A stretch of 64,000 nt of DNA from Chrysomallon squamiferum (taxonomy: Eukaryota; Animalia; Mollusca): assembly GCA_012295275.1 (NCBI GenBank), contig CM022675.1, positions 8,556,001 to 8,620,000 of the forward strand. Reading direction: 5' to 3'. Within the stretch, counting starts at the first letter, position 1. Each line of letters opens with the position of its first letter. A program made the translations under genes and the position numbers. Under the pieces are notes generated by a model. The model did no database searches. It had not been told where the DNA came from and saw only the letters and a list, made by a program, of their open reading frames with translations. Positions 1 through 15,305 of the stretch are shown here, piece by piece.

Positions 1-600
1 TCTTACAAAACAAATGTTCCTTGAAAGATAATGTTCTTACTATAGAAATGATCACGGAAAGTAAATGTTCATGAAATGAAATGTTCTTAGAAAAATTCGA
101 CAAAACAGATTTTTTTTTTTTTTTTTTTAAACGAAATGTTTTACAGAAAACAAATGTTCATTGAAAATTCTAGGAAAGTGAATGTTTTTTATTTTTATAA
201 ATGAAATGTTTTTCAGAAAATAATATTGTAGTAAAGTGTATGTTCCAAGAAAACTATTGTTCTAAGAAATATGTTAATTTTGAAGGAAAATATTCATAGA
301 AAATGAATGTTCTTAAAAAACAAAATGTTCTCAAAAGAAGATGTTCTTGAAAATTAAATGTTCTTAGAAATGAATTATTCTTAAAAGCAAATGTTATTAA
401 TAAAATATTACTAGAAAAACAAATGTTCTTGAAAAAAACAAATATATTCTCAAAAATAAAGTTTTCTCAAAAAATAAATGTCTTAAATTTTTGAAAGTGA
501 CTATTCTTGGAATGCAAATAGTCTAAGAAAATGAATGTCATCAAAAATTAAATGTTCTTGGAAATGAAATGTTTTCAGGAAAAGCTTGTTCTTGAAAGTA
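1..600. repeat. Degenerate minisatellite, ~17-19 bp unit (aaatgttcttagaaaa)
   Basis: Many recurrences of aatgtt(c/t)t...aaa. Confidence 0.8.
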
Positions 601-1562
601 TATGAAATTAATGAACCAGGAATCCAGTTTTGAAACAAAGACTGCATTTTATCAGTTAGATTAAACGAAGAAAATTCTATAACTGATGTTCTCTTGCTTA
701 GCATATTTAAGATTCCATCTTTAAAAGCTTGGCTGGCATTTTACAAACACATCACTTAATAACTGCCAGTCTTCTTCTTCATTTTATCTTTTGCATTCTT
801 AAATCAGTTTGAATTTCTTTATTTGTTCAGAACTTATTTTAATTTTATTTTTTATTGGTTTTTTCTGAAGGTTTAATTCTTTATTTTTATATATTTTTTT
901 TTAGTTTTCTTTGTGTTTTAAAATAATTGTTTAATGTATTTTTAATTTATTTTATGTATTTATTTATTGTGGGTTTTTATTTGTAATATATCAAGGAAGA
1001 TAAATTATGTTATGTGTATGTGTGTGTTTGTGTGTGTTTGTGTATGTGTGTTTATCTGTATGTGTATGCATGTTATGTATGTCTGAATATGTTTGTGTCT
1101 ATGGTGTATACATGTATGTTGTATATGTATGTGTTTCTATCTATGTATGTATGTATATATATGAATGTACATGAATGTTAACACAAATGTTTGTACCAGT
1201 CTTTATATATGTGTTCTTCCAGTTACATCACAAGCAGAAAATATTTCCAATCAGTATTCTCATCAGTCATTATGATTCCAATTTGGAAGTTGCCAAATCC
1301 CTAATTAACTTAAATTAATTGTGTAAACTCTCAAATTAGAGGTGAAGCAGAGATCAGCATTAAATTTGAAAAACGTGACTGACGTGATAAAAATTAGGTA
1401 ATGATGGAGGAGTCACCAGGAATGGCCTGGAGGAAAAAAAAAATTAGGAGTATAAGGAGTCAAGGAGATGAGAGGTAAGGAGGCTGAAAAGGAAGGAGAT
1501 GAAATAGAAAATGTCTGTGTTAAAGCGGATCAGGGTGAAGGAATTAGGAAGAGATGAAGTCT

Positions 1563-1882
1563 GGGATGAGTGAATGAATGAATGGATGGATTGATGGATG
1601 GATGGATGAATGAATGGATAGATGAAAGTATGGTTGGATGGATGGATGAATGGATGGATGGATGAATGGATGGATTGATAGATGGATGGATGGATGGATG
1701 GATGGATGGATGGATGGATGAATGAATGAATGAATAAATGAATGGAAGTATGGATGGATGGATGGATGAATGAATAAATGGATGGATGGATGGATGGATG
1801 AATGGATGGATGAATGAATAAATGAATGAATGAATAGATCAGTGAATAACTGGATGCATGAATCATTGATGGATGGATGGAT
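1563..1882. repeat. (GGAT/GAAT)n tetranucleotide repeat
   Basis: Direct inspection; second block at 10260-10420. Confidence 0.95.
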
Positions 1883-2361
1883 TAACAGACCAATAAATCA
1901 GTCAAGTTATGAGAAAATAGAGAAAGAAAGAAAAAATATAGAATAACAATAATAATAAAAAGAATGGAAAAAAATTATAAAAAATAAAGAAAGAAAATTG
2001 ATCTTTGAAGAGAAACAAGGATGTAGCAAATATAGTATTGTCTTTATTAAGCTGCCATCACCATAGCAACAGAACTGTACAAAACCAAAAATCAAAAATT
2101 TATATTTTATAAAAAATAAAAAATTTAAATCTTTTTTTCCTTTTTCCTTGCTCATTCAGCTTTAATTTTGAATATAACTAAGTTGTTTTTTTTAAATTAA
2201 AAATTAGATCACCCAAAAAAATTGTTTTTTCTTTTCATTTCTTTTCTCTTTTTTTGTGGAAAAAGATATAAAATCCAATATTTCATAATGAAAATGCAAT
2301 AAAGTTTCTGTGAGGTTAAACAAAAGTGGCAGTCTCATTAGCTTCTGAAGATCACACACAG

Positions 2362-2392
<31 letters not shown>

Positions 2393-2599
2393 GAATAAGA
2401 TAATTATAAAATAACATTCGCAGCCTTCTGATCTGTTGTTAGAAAACCAGTATTCATAATATCAAACTACCTGGGATGCATCATACAAACAGAGATGAAA
2501 AATATTAGAAGAAAAAAAATTAACATTCTGATAAAAATTTAAATGAAAAATGTAAAAGACAATAATAATAAAAAAGATTTCCCAATTTGCTCTAAAATG

Positions 2600-2637
2600 T
2601 ATTGTTATTATTATTATTGTTACATTATTATTATTAT

Positions 2638-2669
<32 letters not shown>

Positions 2670-3135
2670 ATAGTAGTAGTAGTGGTAGTAGTAGTAGTTT
2701 TAGTAGTAGTAGTAGTGGTAGTAGTAGTAGTGATAGTAGTAGTAGTTTTAGTAGTAGTAGTGGTAGTAGTAGTAGTGGTAGTAGTAGTAGTTTTAGTAGT
2801 AATAGTGGTTGTAGTGGTAGTAGTGGTAGTAGTAGTAGTGGTAGTAGTAGTAGTAGTGGTGGTGGTAGTAATAGTAATGGTGGTAGTGATAGTAGTATCA
2901 TAATTATTACTGTTATTGCTAATGTTAGTAGTAGTAGTAGCAGTAGCAGTTATAGTAGTAGTTGTAGTATCAGTATTAGTATTACATTATATTATAATTG
3001 TTGTTGTTGTTGTTGTTATTGTTATTATCATTGTTGTTGTGGTTAGTGTTATTGTTATTGTCATTGTTATTATAGCAATTGCTTTTGTTATCATTATTGT
3101 TGTTGTTGTTGTTATTGTTGCCGCTGTTGCTGTTG
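2600..3135. repeat. (AGT)n/(TTG)n/(TTA)n trinucleotide low-complexity block
   Basis: Direct inspection; source of the poly-S/V/L pseudo-ORFs; similar block at 21320-21600. Confidence 0.95.
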
Positions 3136-3769
3136 TCCAAGGACTAATTAAAAAGCTACCTCAGACATTGTATTTAAATTCATAACAATGCAATCACAAT
3201 AGGCTGTTGTCCAAGCATTGTTAAGGACTAATTAAAAAGCTACATCAGGGACTTTATTTAAACACAACCACCAATGCAATCACAACAGGCAGGTACACAA
3301 AGAAAGTCACGGATTCTTTGTAAGTTAAGACATACACATCAAATTATGTCTAATAATAATAATTATTATTTTTTTTTTTCCTTTTCAGCTACAGCTAATA
3401 ATGTTGTGTCTGACTACTCAGAAATACTGTGGTTTATGTTAATCTCTTTTCCAGTTAGCTAGCTGTACCTTGTAACCTGATGTTGTACTTTTTTTTATAT
3501 ATGTAAGAGATTATTTGCTTGGCATAAATAAACGTGGTTTTTTTTTTTTTTTTTTTTTTTTTGGTCGTTATTAATAAATAAATAAAAAATAAAAGGAAGG
3601 ACATGGCTTGTCACATAAAGCAAAATCTATGGAACCTTTTCAAACAGCTAATTACTACACACAGAGAGGCTATTAATGTTGATACAAATTAATAGAGGTG
3701 AGATTAACATTTGAAAATTGTCTGTGACTGAGAAAAAACCACTGGGTAACTGGGTATATGTGTATGTGG

Positions 3770-3776
3770 AGGGAGG

Positions 3777-3856
<80 letters not shown>

Positions 3857-4369
3857 GAGGGAGAGAGAGAGTGACAGAGAGACAGAGAGAGACACAGAGA
3901 TAGAGAGAAAGAGGGAGAGAGTGGCAGAGAGAGACAGAGAGACAGAGATAGAGACAGAGAGAGAGAGGGAGGGAGAGATGGAGAGAGGGAAAAGAGAGAG
4001 AGAGAGAGAGACAGAGAAAAACAGAGAAAGAAGCAAATCTCTAAAACTGAAATCAAACATTCAGTAAAACAGCAATCCATTCATTTGTTCTATGTGTTAA
4101 AACATCTTTTATAACATTTTTCTCTTTTTCTTCTTTTTCTTTTTCATGTCTCCCAAATATTTCTTTATCTTTCTCTCCTTCCCTTCACTTCCACCATTAA
4201 TATTCTGATTCCTCCTCATCCTATCCAGTTCTTAATTCCTCTTTCTTATTCTCTCTTTCTTTCATAAACCTTTCCTCTTTCTTCTTTCTTTTCTTATCCC
4301 TGTAATTTTTCTTCCAATTTCTTTTTATATCTTTTTGTTTCTTTCTTTTTATCCATCTCTCCTTGAAGA

Positions 4370-4460
<91 letters not shown>
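3770..4460. repeat. (GA)n and (TC)n microsatellites
   Basis: Direct inspection; further (GA/TC)n tracts at ~7345, 8890, 12415, 15150, 22485, 23975, 24450, 25190, 26390, 26800 and 28130. Confidence 0.95.
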
Positions 4461-4468
<8 letters not shown>

Positions 4469-5460
4469 CACTCTTTATCATTATCTATCTTTCTCTTTTT
4501 CTATCAAACTCTATATGTATCTATCTATCTCTCTTTCTCCATCTTTATCTTTCTCTCCATTATTTTTTTTCTCTCTCTCTCTTTCTTTCTCTCTTCCCCT
4601 ACAGTTCTTTTCTCTTAGTCAACAATCGACATTCAACATAAAATCATTTTTTGAATGTCACAAATCACTTTTCTTTCCTTTAAATCTAATTACAACGTAC
4701 ATTTAATAAAAAACAAAAAAAATTATCTCTCTCTCTCTCTCTCTCTTTCATCACATTTCTGACTGCACAGTTAAACCTCATTTCCATCAAACTCAATCTT
4801 CGTCATTTCATACCATCACTGCCGTGAAAGTCCCATCTTCAATAACACAACCCCCGTGAACAAATAAATAAATACAACAAAAAAAAAAAAACTCTTCTTT
4901 CTCCTTATTCAATTTTTTTTTTTTTTTGTTATTTTTCATTTTGTTTTATGGACCAGAAGAAACAGATTAAAGTAAACATCTTTATAAACAAGTTATTCTA
5001 GTGTGTTTGCTAACGGTGAAATCAGTGTTACACTTTCATCACAGGCAAAACTTTTATGCAGTTATTTTGTCCGTGAAGTCCATTCGTACGTGCTCAGTGT
5101 TTGTGTGTCTGTCAATATTTGTCAGTCATTGACGATGGGGAAGAGTGTGATTATATTTCTTTCGTGTTTCACAAGTCAGTTGTAAACTGCAACCAAATTT
5201 ACATATAAAGTATCAACTAATCGAATTTATAGGCAAGATAAAGTTGTAATCAACTGCTGTAAACCATCTAAGTTAGTGGATTTTTTTTTTTTAAATTTAT
5301 GTAATTGTCAACTGTAGTCGAAGGTAAAGACTGTAAATAATCTAAAAAATTGTATTTTAAAAATTAACTTTCTTTTTTCTTTTTTTTTTGCACACATTCT
5401 CTTATTTTCTGTCTTTTCCATTCTCTCATTCAGTCTGTTTCTTTCTTCTCTATCTTTTTC

Positions 5461-5570
<110 letters not shown>

Positions 5571-6213
5571 TAGATAGGTAGATAGATATTTATATTTATA
5601 TATATATTTAAAGAGTAAGGTATACAGTTATACAGAGAACAGAAAAAAAAGAAAGTTTTTTATATATATACACATACACACACATACATAACAATTTCTC
5701 TTTTTTGTCTGTTATTTTTTCTCTACATCTCTACCTCTCTATACTTTTTTCTCTTTCTTTCTGCACCTCAATGTTATGAAAACATACAACATTACTTTAA
5801 CTAGAAATTTTGTTTATTACTTCTATTATTGTTATCTCTTTTTTTTTTTTTTTTTAAAAAACAAAATAACCAGATTTTATTTTTCTCACTTAAAAAAAAA
5901 AAAATGGCAGGGTGTGCCCATCATTTTGGAAGCAAACATCCATAACAGGTTTTTCCTTCAGACTTTTCTTAAAATAAATTTAAAAAAAAAAGAGTTACAA
6001 GGCAGGATGAGATAATTAGGCTGATTTTTAATTACAGCAAGGAGGAGAAAAAAAAAAAAAAAAAAAAAAAAACAGACTTAAGAAGCAGATGAAAGTTTTG
6101 CAAAAGTCATCAAGAGGATCTTTTTGGAAAATCAATTATGCTAATTAAGGCAGGTTTCATGTTCGTCAGACATAATGCTTTCCATACAACAGATAATAGT
6201 ATAATTTATATAC

Positions 6214-6245
<32 letters not shown>

Positions 6246-6579
6246 TTTTTATAACAATTACCTTCCTGTGGATATTAAATAAAACTGTTTACGTTATAAA
6301 GTTTTCAGAAGTATCTTCACAATGCCAAAAATCTTCTTTTTTTTTTTTTAGAAAATAAGTTATGCCAATTAAAGCATCTTTCATGTTTGGCTAATATAAT
6401 ATTTTCCATACAGCTAATAATAATAAATTATACATATATTTATTATTTTTATTTTATTTTTTTTTATTTTTTTATTTTTTTTTTTTTTTTTTTTTTTATA
6501 AAAATATGCTTTCTGTGAATATTAAAATTAAACTGCTCAAGTTATAGTTTTCAGAATTATTTTCCCAGCGTCAGAAACA

Positions 6580-6720
6580 GAAAGAAACAAAGAAATGTTT
6601 TTATTTCACAATGATCTCAATACATTTTTAAGCTATGAATATGTCCCACACATTATGAAGGACCACACAAATAATGATAAATGAAATCAGCAGATGTCAT
6701 TTAATGATTTACTCCTCCTG
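6580..6720 (-). mobile_element. Decayed SINE 3' portion
   Basis: gaaagaaatgtttt(t)attt...aaggaccacaca...; resembles from memory the tail of an abundant gastropod SINE, not database-verified. Confidence 0.35.
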
Positions 6721-7328
6721 GTTTTTTCAACCTTAGCAGTGGCAGAATTTATATAAACATAATTACATATATATATATATATATCAAAGCTTTGAATATT
6801 CGATTCAGTTCAATTTTTGTGTATTCAGAATTTCAAATACAGCACAAATGGAAAAAGAGAGACAAGCTACATGACAAACTGTTATCAATAAACAAAGTTA
6901 AAAAAAAACACCAAAATCGCACATTTTAGAATGACATTTGAATAAATAACCTATTAATCATGTAAGACTGTTATCATATGTATTTTTTTTAGTTTGGAGA
7001 GAAGATTTTTTTTTGTTTTAGATGAAATTTAGACTGGTTTTCTACAGGGAATTATACTTCTACAAGTATAGTTGAGTGATGACGTTTTGTTGTTTTTTGT
7101 TGTTGTTTGTTTTTTGTTTGTTTTTTTGAAGGGGTTGACTTTTTTAAGTATATTTTATGAATATTACTTTATTAACAGAATATTTATATGAGTATTTTTA
7201 AAATAAAGATTTACTGATGTGTGTGTCTGTGTCTCTGTGTGTGTCTGTATGTGTGTTTTTTCATTCAAGAACTGCACTTGATGCTTTTGATTATTTTCAA
7301 ATGTATTCCAGAGAAAGAGAGAGAAAAG

Positions 7329-7404
<76 letters not shown>

Positions 7405-8887
7405 AGGTAAGAACAGACAATGACTTTTTAACAAAGAATATTTTAAGCAATCCCTTATGTCTCTAACGAATACTCTAACCACTGAGCCACAATCTATCAC
7501 AGTGTCATACATCAAAAATAAACATGATTCACTGACTGAAATTTGAGTTAGCAAGTTTTTCAATATTACTTTTATAACAACTACTGAGAATAAACAAAAA
7601 TGCAAGAAATGAAATTAAATTTGTATTGATTAAAACTGAACTTCCTTTTCTGTGAAGGTTTTATTTTTTTAAAAAAACCTTGTTATTATTATTTCTTTTT
7701 TTTTTAATTCTTATGATTGAAAAATAATATTCTGATTTTGAAATTAATGACAGATTATAAAAAAAGTTTAAAATTTTTAAAAATTTAAAAATTCAAAATA
7801 TGATACTATTTCCCAAAACAAAATATTAATTTTAAAAGTGAATGACATATTAAAAAAAATAAACTGATGTTTACTTTCTAAAATAAAATAAAATAAAATA
7901 CAAAACAATTTTATTTTTAAAATTAATAATCCGTTATGAAAATTTAAACTGATATTCTTTCATTAAAATTAAAATAAAAAAATAAAAATAAAAAAAAAAA
8001 AAAAAAAAAATAAAAAATAGAGCAATTATTATTCTCTCAGTATACAAAAAAACATATTACAGAAAATCACAGTGTGTGTGTCTGCAAGTGTGTATTTATT
8101 TTTTTATTTTTTCCTAGCATCAGGAAATACAGAGAATATTAAACTGTGTGAATATTTAAAACATCTCTCGTGTAACAGATACAGAAAAATACTGCACTGG
8201 TTTTCTAAATACTGTTATTATCTGACGGAACAAGTAAAAATCTAATTTAATTTTCTTCTTTTTTTCCTTTTTCTTTTTTTTTATTACAATGTACTATAAT
8301 TTAAAAAGAAGTGAAATATATAATTCTCTCATTTAAAAAATTAAAATATATAATAAAATAATTTTATAAAAAATTAAAATATTTAATTCTTTAATTTAAT
8401 AAATTAAAATATATAAGACTATATTTTTTTTAAATTAAAATATATATTGTTTAATTTAAAAAATTTAAATGTATAATACACTTTAAAAACAAAAATTAAT
8501 TCATATTTTAAAATTTTATCCAGTTTTTTAAATTCAAATAATAAAATTTTGTTTCATTTTCACTGATGATTTTAATTAAAAAAATTGAGACTAATCAAAA
8601 ATTTAAATAAATCTAAGATTTCTCACTTTTTCATGTTGACACTTAAGTATCAAAAACAATTCCAGTCATTACAGAAATCAAAAATATTACAGCACTGTTT
8701 TCTCTTTTCAAGAAAAAAACTTTAAAAAAAAAAGAAAAGGCAATATTTAAAAACACAGTAATGACCAAATAATTATGTTTGTTTTATATTTATTTGTTTT
8801 CATTTCTATTAATGAGAAAATAAAGATACAGTAAAAAATGAAAATAACAAAAACAATAACAAAAATAAAGAAACAAATGTACACTCA

Positions 8888-8959
<72 letters not shown>

Positions 8960-9607
8960 AGAGAGAGAGAGAGAGAGACAGAGAGAGTAAGAAACAGAAA
9001 GAGAATAAAAACAGAGTAAGACATAGAAATAGTGAAAAAACCTCAGGAAGAATGACAAATGAAACAAATGAGGAATATCAAAGAGAATAAAAAAAAAGGT
9101 ATACAAAATAGTAAAAAAGCAAAGAAGTAAGAAATATTAATACAATCACAGAAAATGAGAAATGACAAGAAAACCATAGAAACAACAAATAAACAGCAAT
9201 AATTACTACAAAAACACCATTAATTTTTTTTCACACTATATATAATCATAAAACAAACAAGAAAAAACAAAATCGCAACTTACAGGTCGTCAAAAACACA
9301 TCGACACGTTTTGTTCGGCAATTTCAACTCAACAGCGACTACAGTCAGTCGAATCACCGAATCCCCAGGCTTTGTAGAATCACTCTCCTCGAATCGATTC
9401 CACTCTAATGAGACAATGATGTCCCCGTCTTACCTTTTGTTACCGAAACTAATCAGTTAAATAAAGAGACAGACAGCTTCTTCTGTCTGTTCGTTGGATT
9501 CGAGTGATAATCTAACAAGACGTTTTTGTTTTTCTTATTTTGTAACAAGTGTAAGTTAGTTTTATTTTATCAGGTTAACTGTTTTGTTTAATTTTGTTAA
9601 TTTTCAT

Positions 9608-9645
<38 letters not shown>

Positions 9646-12415
9646 CTATTTTTCTGATATGGTTAAATGAAGGTTAGCAAGACCAGTTGATTATTTTTTA
9701 ACAAGATGTTAAATTTTTTTTTTTTTTATTGTAATTAAATATTTTTTTTCTATTAGTGTATATGAAAAGTAGTCATCTTTTTGTCATTTTTTTTTTTTAA
9801 TCTTAACCAGATAATTTCTTGTTTTTTTGTTTGGTTATATAAATAATAATTAAAATTTTGATTTTCTAAAAGTGAAAAAGAGTATTAGTAATCAGGATAA
9901 TCAGAAATAAATGATTTTAAAATTACTTTCTGACACACTGAATAAATATCAATAATCTGTTAATAATTCATTAATCTCAGCCACATATTTCAGTTTCTCT
10001 GCATGCAGTCTAAGACACTTTATTTCTTAACATAAAATAAATTAAAGTTAGTAATTCACTTGATGGTTTAATAATCAGAAACAAGACATACTGGTTAGAG
10101 GTTAGTAGTTAAACATTTTGTTTCCTAATGTGATAAATTTTTGATTAGTGTTTCAGGTGAAAGTTTGCAAATCTGAACCACTATGTTAGGTTTTTGTTTA
10201 AAGTTTTTGTTCAATATGGAATTTTCTAAAAATATTGATATTGATGGACTGAACTAAGTAATGGAATGATGGATGGTTGGATGAATACAAGAAAGAACAG
10301 ATGGATGGATGGATGAATGGTTGGATGAATACAAGAAAACAGTAGATTTACTGGATGGATGGATGGATGGATGGATGGTTGGACAAACAGAAGAAAAAGT
10401 AGCTGGATGGATGGATTTAATGACTGATGAAAGATAAATGGAAAGACTGAAGGAGGAGATCAAAGGATTTAATGAGGAAACACATGAAACCTGGGTAAAT
10501 GTTTAGATTAACAGCTTAATTAATTAAACAAAATACAACAGTCACAAACATCAAATAATTCTTTTTTTATCAACAAAGACTCTGTCTATGAAAAAAATCT
10601 TAAAACAAAACTTACATTCTCAGCTATAAACAAAAACATTTTCTTTTTTTTTCATTCAAAAATCCACAGAGACGCAAAACAGAAATGTCACTTTCTACAA
10701 TCTTCACCTTTTCGCCAAACCCCGACACACACACACACACACACATCAAATCATTTCACCCCAAACTACATCCACTGCAGGGACATCGTCATGGCCCTGC
10801 CTGTCATCATCATTGATTAGATGCAGTCCTCTGAGAGAAAAACAGAGCCACAGATTGGAGAAGGCAAACACATCTGTACTACACACACACACAGAGAGAG
10901 AGTGAGAGTGAATGAATAATTTTACAAAAGAAATCATTTGCTTCATTTCCATGCTGTATTTTTGACTGATGTCCTCTTGAGAAAGGGGGAGAAAAAAGCG
11001 TTTAGTCAAACATGCAGTAATGGAGAGATGTCACTTGTGTTGCCCAGATTAGTGAAGGAATAAAAAATTATAAAAAGTAAAAGACTGATGCGAACCAGTG
11101 TTAAACTATTTTTTTTTTCAATTATTTAAATCCTTTGAAGAGATGACCTGACTATCATTACCTGCCAAAACACACAGGAATTCGGCTTGCTGTTAAATTT
11201 CTTATTTAATCTTGTCGATGTTTGAATCATTTCAACCATTTTCCTTAAAATAAAATAATAAAAATAATACTATCAAGAACTGAATCTTTGACTGAGGGTT
11301 ATTGGATCAATTCTCTCGAGTTTCCTCCTATTCCAAAAAAAAAAGTATATTTCCTGTTCCAGCCTTTGCTCCTGAAAAACATCCATTGCTAAGAACTGAG
11401 TTATTAAGAATCACTGGATCACTTCTCCTTAATCCAATCACCAAGGTTTTTTTTCCCAATCCAACTATATATATATATATATATATGTATTTCCAATTCC
11501 TGCCATTGTTCCATAAAAACTTCTATGTTAATGATCAGTTCTCTTTAATACACTCACAAAGATTTTTCCTGTTCTGAAAAGGTCTCTAAAATTGGTTTAT
11601 CAAAGGTTGTGGTATAAATTATTTCAGTATAACATGATTTCAAAATCTTGTCATTCAAACCTCAACTATACCAGTACCATATTAATTTTAACATTAATTT
11701 AGGGTCTAAATATATGACCTCCATTCTTTTCATTATTTGTTTAAATATAATGACCGTAAAGAAAATTGGACATCATTATTTTCCTCCATTATTCCCTAAG
11801 TGTTTTGAACTTAACAACACTATTATTATTTAAACCATATCAGGAAATTACCTTTGTCTCAGTTTTTCTTTTTTTCTTTCTTTCTTTTTGTTTTCATCAG
11901 GGTATCTTAACAGCATTATAGGCCCTGAAGGAAAGAAATGCAGTGAAAATATTTACTGATAAGCCACAGAATACATGGATTAGCACTGCCCCATAGACCA
12001 GAGTGTCCATGCATTGCTTTTCATTCATTTTGCTTTTCATTACTAGCTGACCAGTGACATCATATTTTACTGGGTGATAAAATTTTACTTTTTCTTTGTT
12101 CCTGTTCTAACATAGTACTCCAGGATTACTGAGTTGGACACGTCAGTAATAATGAATATATATTTTTTTCCCCGTTCCAAACAAAAGTTTAAAAGTGATA
12201 AATATGAGAATATAGAATTTTATTTTCATTCTTATTTCTGTGGTATTTTTTTTTTTTTTTTTCTTTATTGACTTTCTGTTTTTCTGTTTCCTTTTTCACT
12301 TTATTTATCTCTTATTCAACTAAAAACACATTTTTTTCTTCTTTTTTTTCTATTTCTCTTTCATTCCCTTTCATTACCTTACCTGTTCTCTCTTTTTCTC
12401 TCTTTCTCTCTCTCA

Positions 12416-12507
<92 letters not shown>

Positions 12508-14639
12508 TTAAACACAAAAAAAAAAACCTACATCCACTTTCTTACATCGATTTAACATAATAAAAATTCAAGCAATAGGTGAGGACTGATCCAGCAACCT
12601 TCGGCACTGCAAGCCAACCTCGCTGCCATTAACTACATCTAATAATCATCTGGCAACCCATACGGGAGGTTATGGACAAACACACAGCAGGGTAATTTAA
12701 TAAACTGGCATCATGTCATATATACACATATATACATACACACAAGTGTTGATCATTAAGAAACATTTGGCTAGACACTGGATGCTGGCGATGAGATACA
12801 GATAATACCAAGTCTGCTTTGACTTTTGATTATTTACTTTTACCGAGATAAGAGCTTATTTCGGCAATCCCAGAATGCATTTCAGCTGGCGTAATACTTT
12901 AATCAGAAGTGATCTCAGACTAGATAAACAGATATTACGACTGGATTGGATTCGGGGCACAAGTCTGGTCTTTTCCCCCCCGGAAAGTTTTGTTGAGTTA
13001 TGTGATATCTCTGGCTATTTGGTCTGGGTTAGATTTTTAAAGGTAAAAAAAAATCTCAAAGGATATTAAATGATATTATATATATATATATTGATGGAGG
13101 TTTATTTTTTCACATTCCAATTTATCCTGCAGAAAAAATATAATTATATAATTATTATTTTAAAATATGTTGCTAATTTTTATTTTTTTTATTTAAAATA
13201 TATTGCTAATTTTTTTTATTTCTTTAAAATATATTGCTAAATTTTTTTTTTAATTCTGTAAAATATATTTCTATTTTTTGTTTTATTTCTTCAAAAAATA
13301 TTGTGAATTTTTGTTATTTCTTTAAAATATATTGCTAATTTCTTTTTCTTTTTTTCTTTTATAGATGCTGTAAGAACAGTAATTGATAATAAATTATTTT
13401 CTTTTTCCCATTCTCAAACTATGCTCCCCCCTGAAAAAAAATTATATAGTAATTTTTTAAAATCTACTATAAATTTATAAGTTTCTTCCTATATAAAAGG
13501 CTGTTGTGACATTAAATGATAATAAATACTGATGTTTTTTACCATTCTAAACTATATTGCAGAACAAAATTTAAGAAATTTCATTTCTTTTTTGCAATGT
13601 GGTGTAACATACACATATTAGCCCATTCAAGCCTACAAAAGTAAAATCTCAAAGGACTTTTGATATTCTTAAATAAAGATTTCTTTTAATGCTATTTGTC
13701 AATACATTTTGATGTTTCTCCCATTCTAAATTACACTCCATTTCTAACTGAATTAAAAACATTAATATTTTTTTTTGCTATCTGGATATAAAGTTGTTTT
13801 TTCTAACAAACTCAATTATTTTTGGTGATACAAATGTAAATCCTCAAGGACTGTTTCGTAACCTTATGAACAGAATAGTTTTTACATGTTCTCGTTAAAA
13901 TTGATGTTTTTGCCCATTCCAAACTATAATGCAGAACAAAAAATTAACAGTGCGAATGCACTATTAAATAATTGTTATTGTAAACTAAATAACAGAAGAT
14001 GGACAGAGAGTGAGAAGTAATGAGAAGGAAAGAAAAGACAGAGGAAGGAAAGATAGTAAAAATAAAGCAAAATAAGCCTGAGATGTGAAAATAATTTTAT
14101 ATTAATTAAGATAAAGAGTGAGAAACTGAGACAGAGAAAAAGAGAGAGAGAAAAGAAAAAGAGAAAGAGAGACAGAAAAAAACAGAGAAAAGAGAAAGAG
14201 AGACAGAAAGAGAGACAGAAAGAAAACACAAAGACAGTGAAAGAGACAGAAAAAAAGAAACACAAAAAATATCAGAGACAGCTAAAGAAGAGAAAAAGAG
14301 ACAAATAGGTACAGAGAAAAGAAAAAAGAAAGTGACAGAAAGAAAAGAAAAAAAAAGAAAGAGAGAGAAAAGAAGGAGAAGAGTGAGACAGAAAGAAAAA
14401 AGAATAAAAAAGAGAAAAGAAAAAATAAGACAGAGAAAAGAATGAACAGAGAGATAGAAAGAAAAAATGAAAATGACAGAGAAAAGAAAGAAGAGAGAGA
14501 TAGACAGAAAAGAAAAAGAGAAAGAGACTAAAGAAAAAAGAAAGACAGACAGAGACATACAAAAAAAACAAAGACAGACTAAGAGATACAAAAAAACAAA
14601 GAGAGAGAGAGAGAGAGCTTGAAGAAGAAACAAACTGGA

Positions 14640-14812
14640 CTTTCTATTACGACTTGTTCTTTCTATTACAACTTGTTCTTTCTGTTACAACTTGTTCTTT
14701 CTGTTACAACTTGTTCTTTCTGTTACAACTTGTTCTTTCTGTTACAACTTGTTCTTTCTGTTACAACTTGTTCTTTCTATTACAACTTGTTCTTTCTATT
14801 ACAACTTGTTCT
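14640..14812. repeat. 19-bp minisatellite (acttgttctttctgttaca), ~9 near-perfect copies
   Basis: Direct inspection; yields the 19-aa periodic pseudo-ORFs. Confidence 0.95.
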
Positions 14813-15149
14813 GACTTGAAGGATGTAATTCCACTCAAATCTCCAGTGTCACAGTATTTGACAATAAATATTTAAATGTCAGATCTCTCCAGTGTATGAA
14901 ACACTCAGCAGAAACTGATTTTCGTTTTCTTTTTTCTTCACATTCGTGAAATCTGTGAAGCCTTTTGCCTCTTGAGGAGAGCAAAGTTTAGGCTTGTTTT
15001 CAAAGGGCAGTGTTCAAATGTCAATGAAATGAGCAAAAAGCTGAGAATATTTGCATTTAAATGAGGCCACTGTGGAGTTGTTAGATGACAGTTTGCATCT
15101 GAGCTGAGATTTCTCTGAAAATAAGACAGCTAAAGAGTTCCGCAGAGCT

Positions 15150-15204
<55 letters not shown>

Positions 15205-15226
15205 ATGAGGGAGAGAGAGAGAGGGA

Positions 15227-15305
<79 letters not shown>

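Noticed and set aside
14619-14875. 19-bp tandem array resembling a CRISPR array or repeat protein
   Set aside because: Head-to-tail units with no spacers in a eukaryotic context; an ordinary minisatellite.
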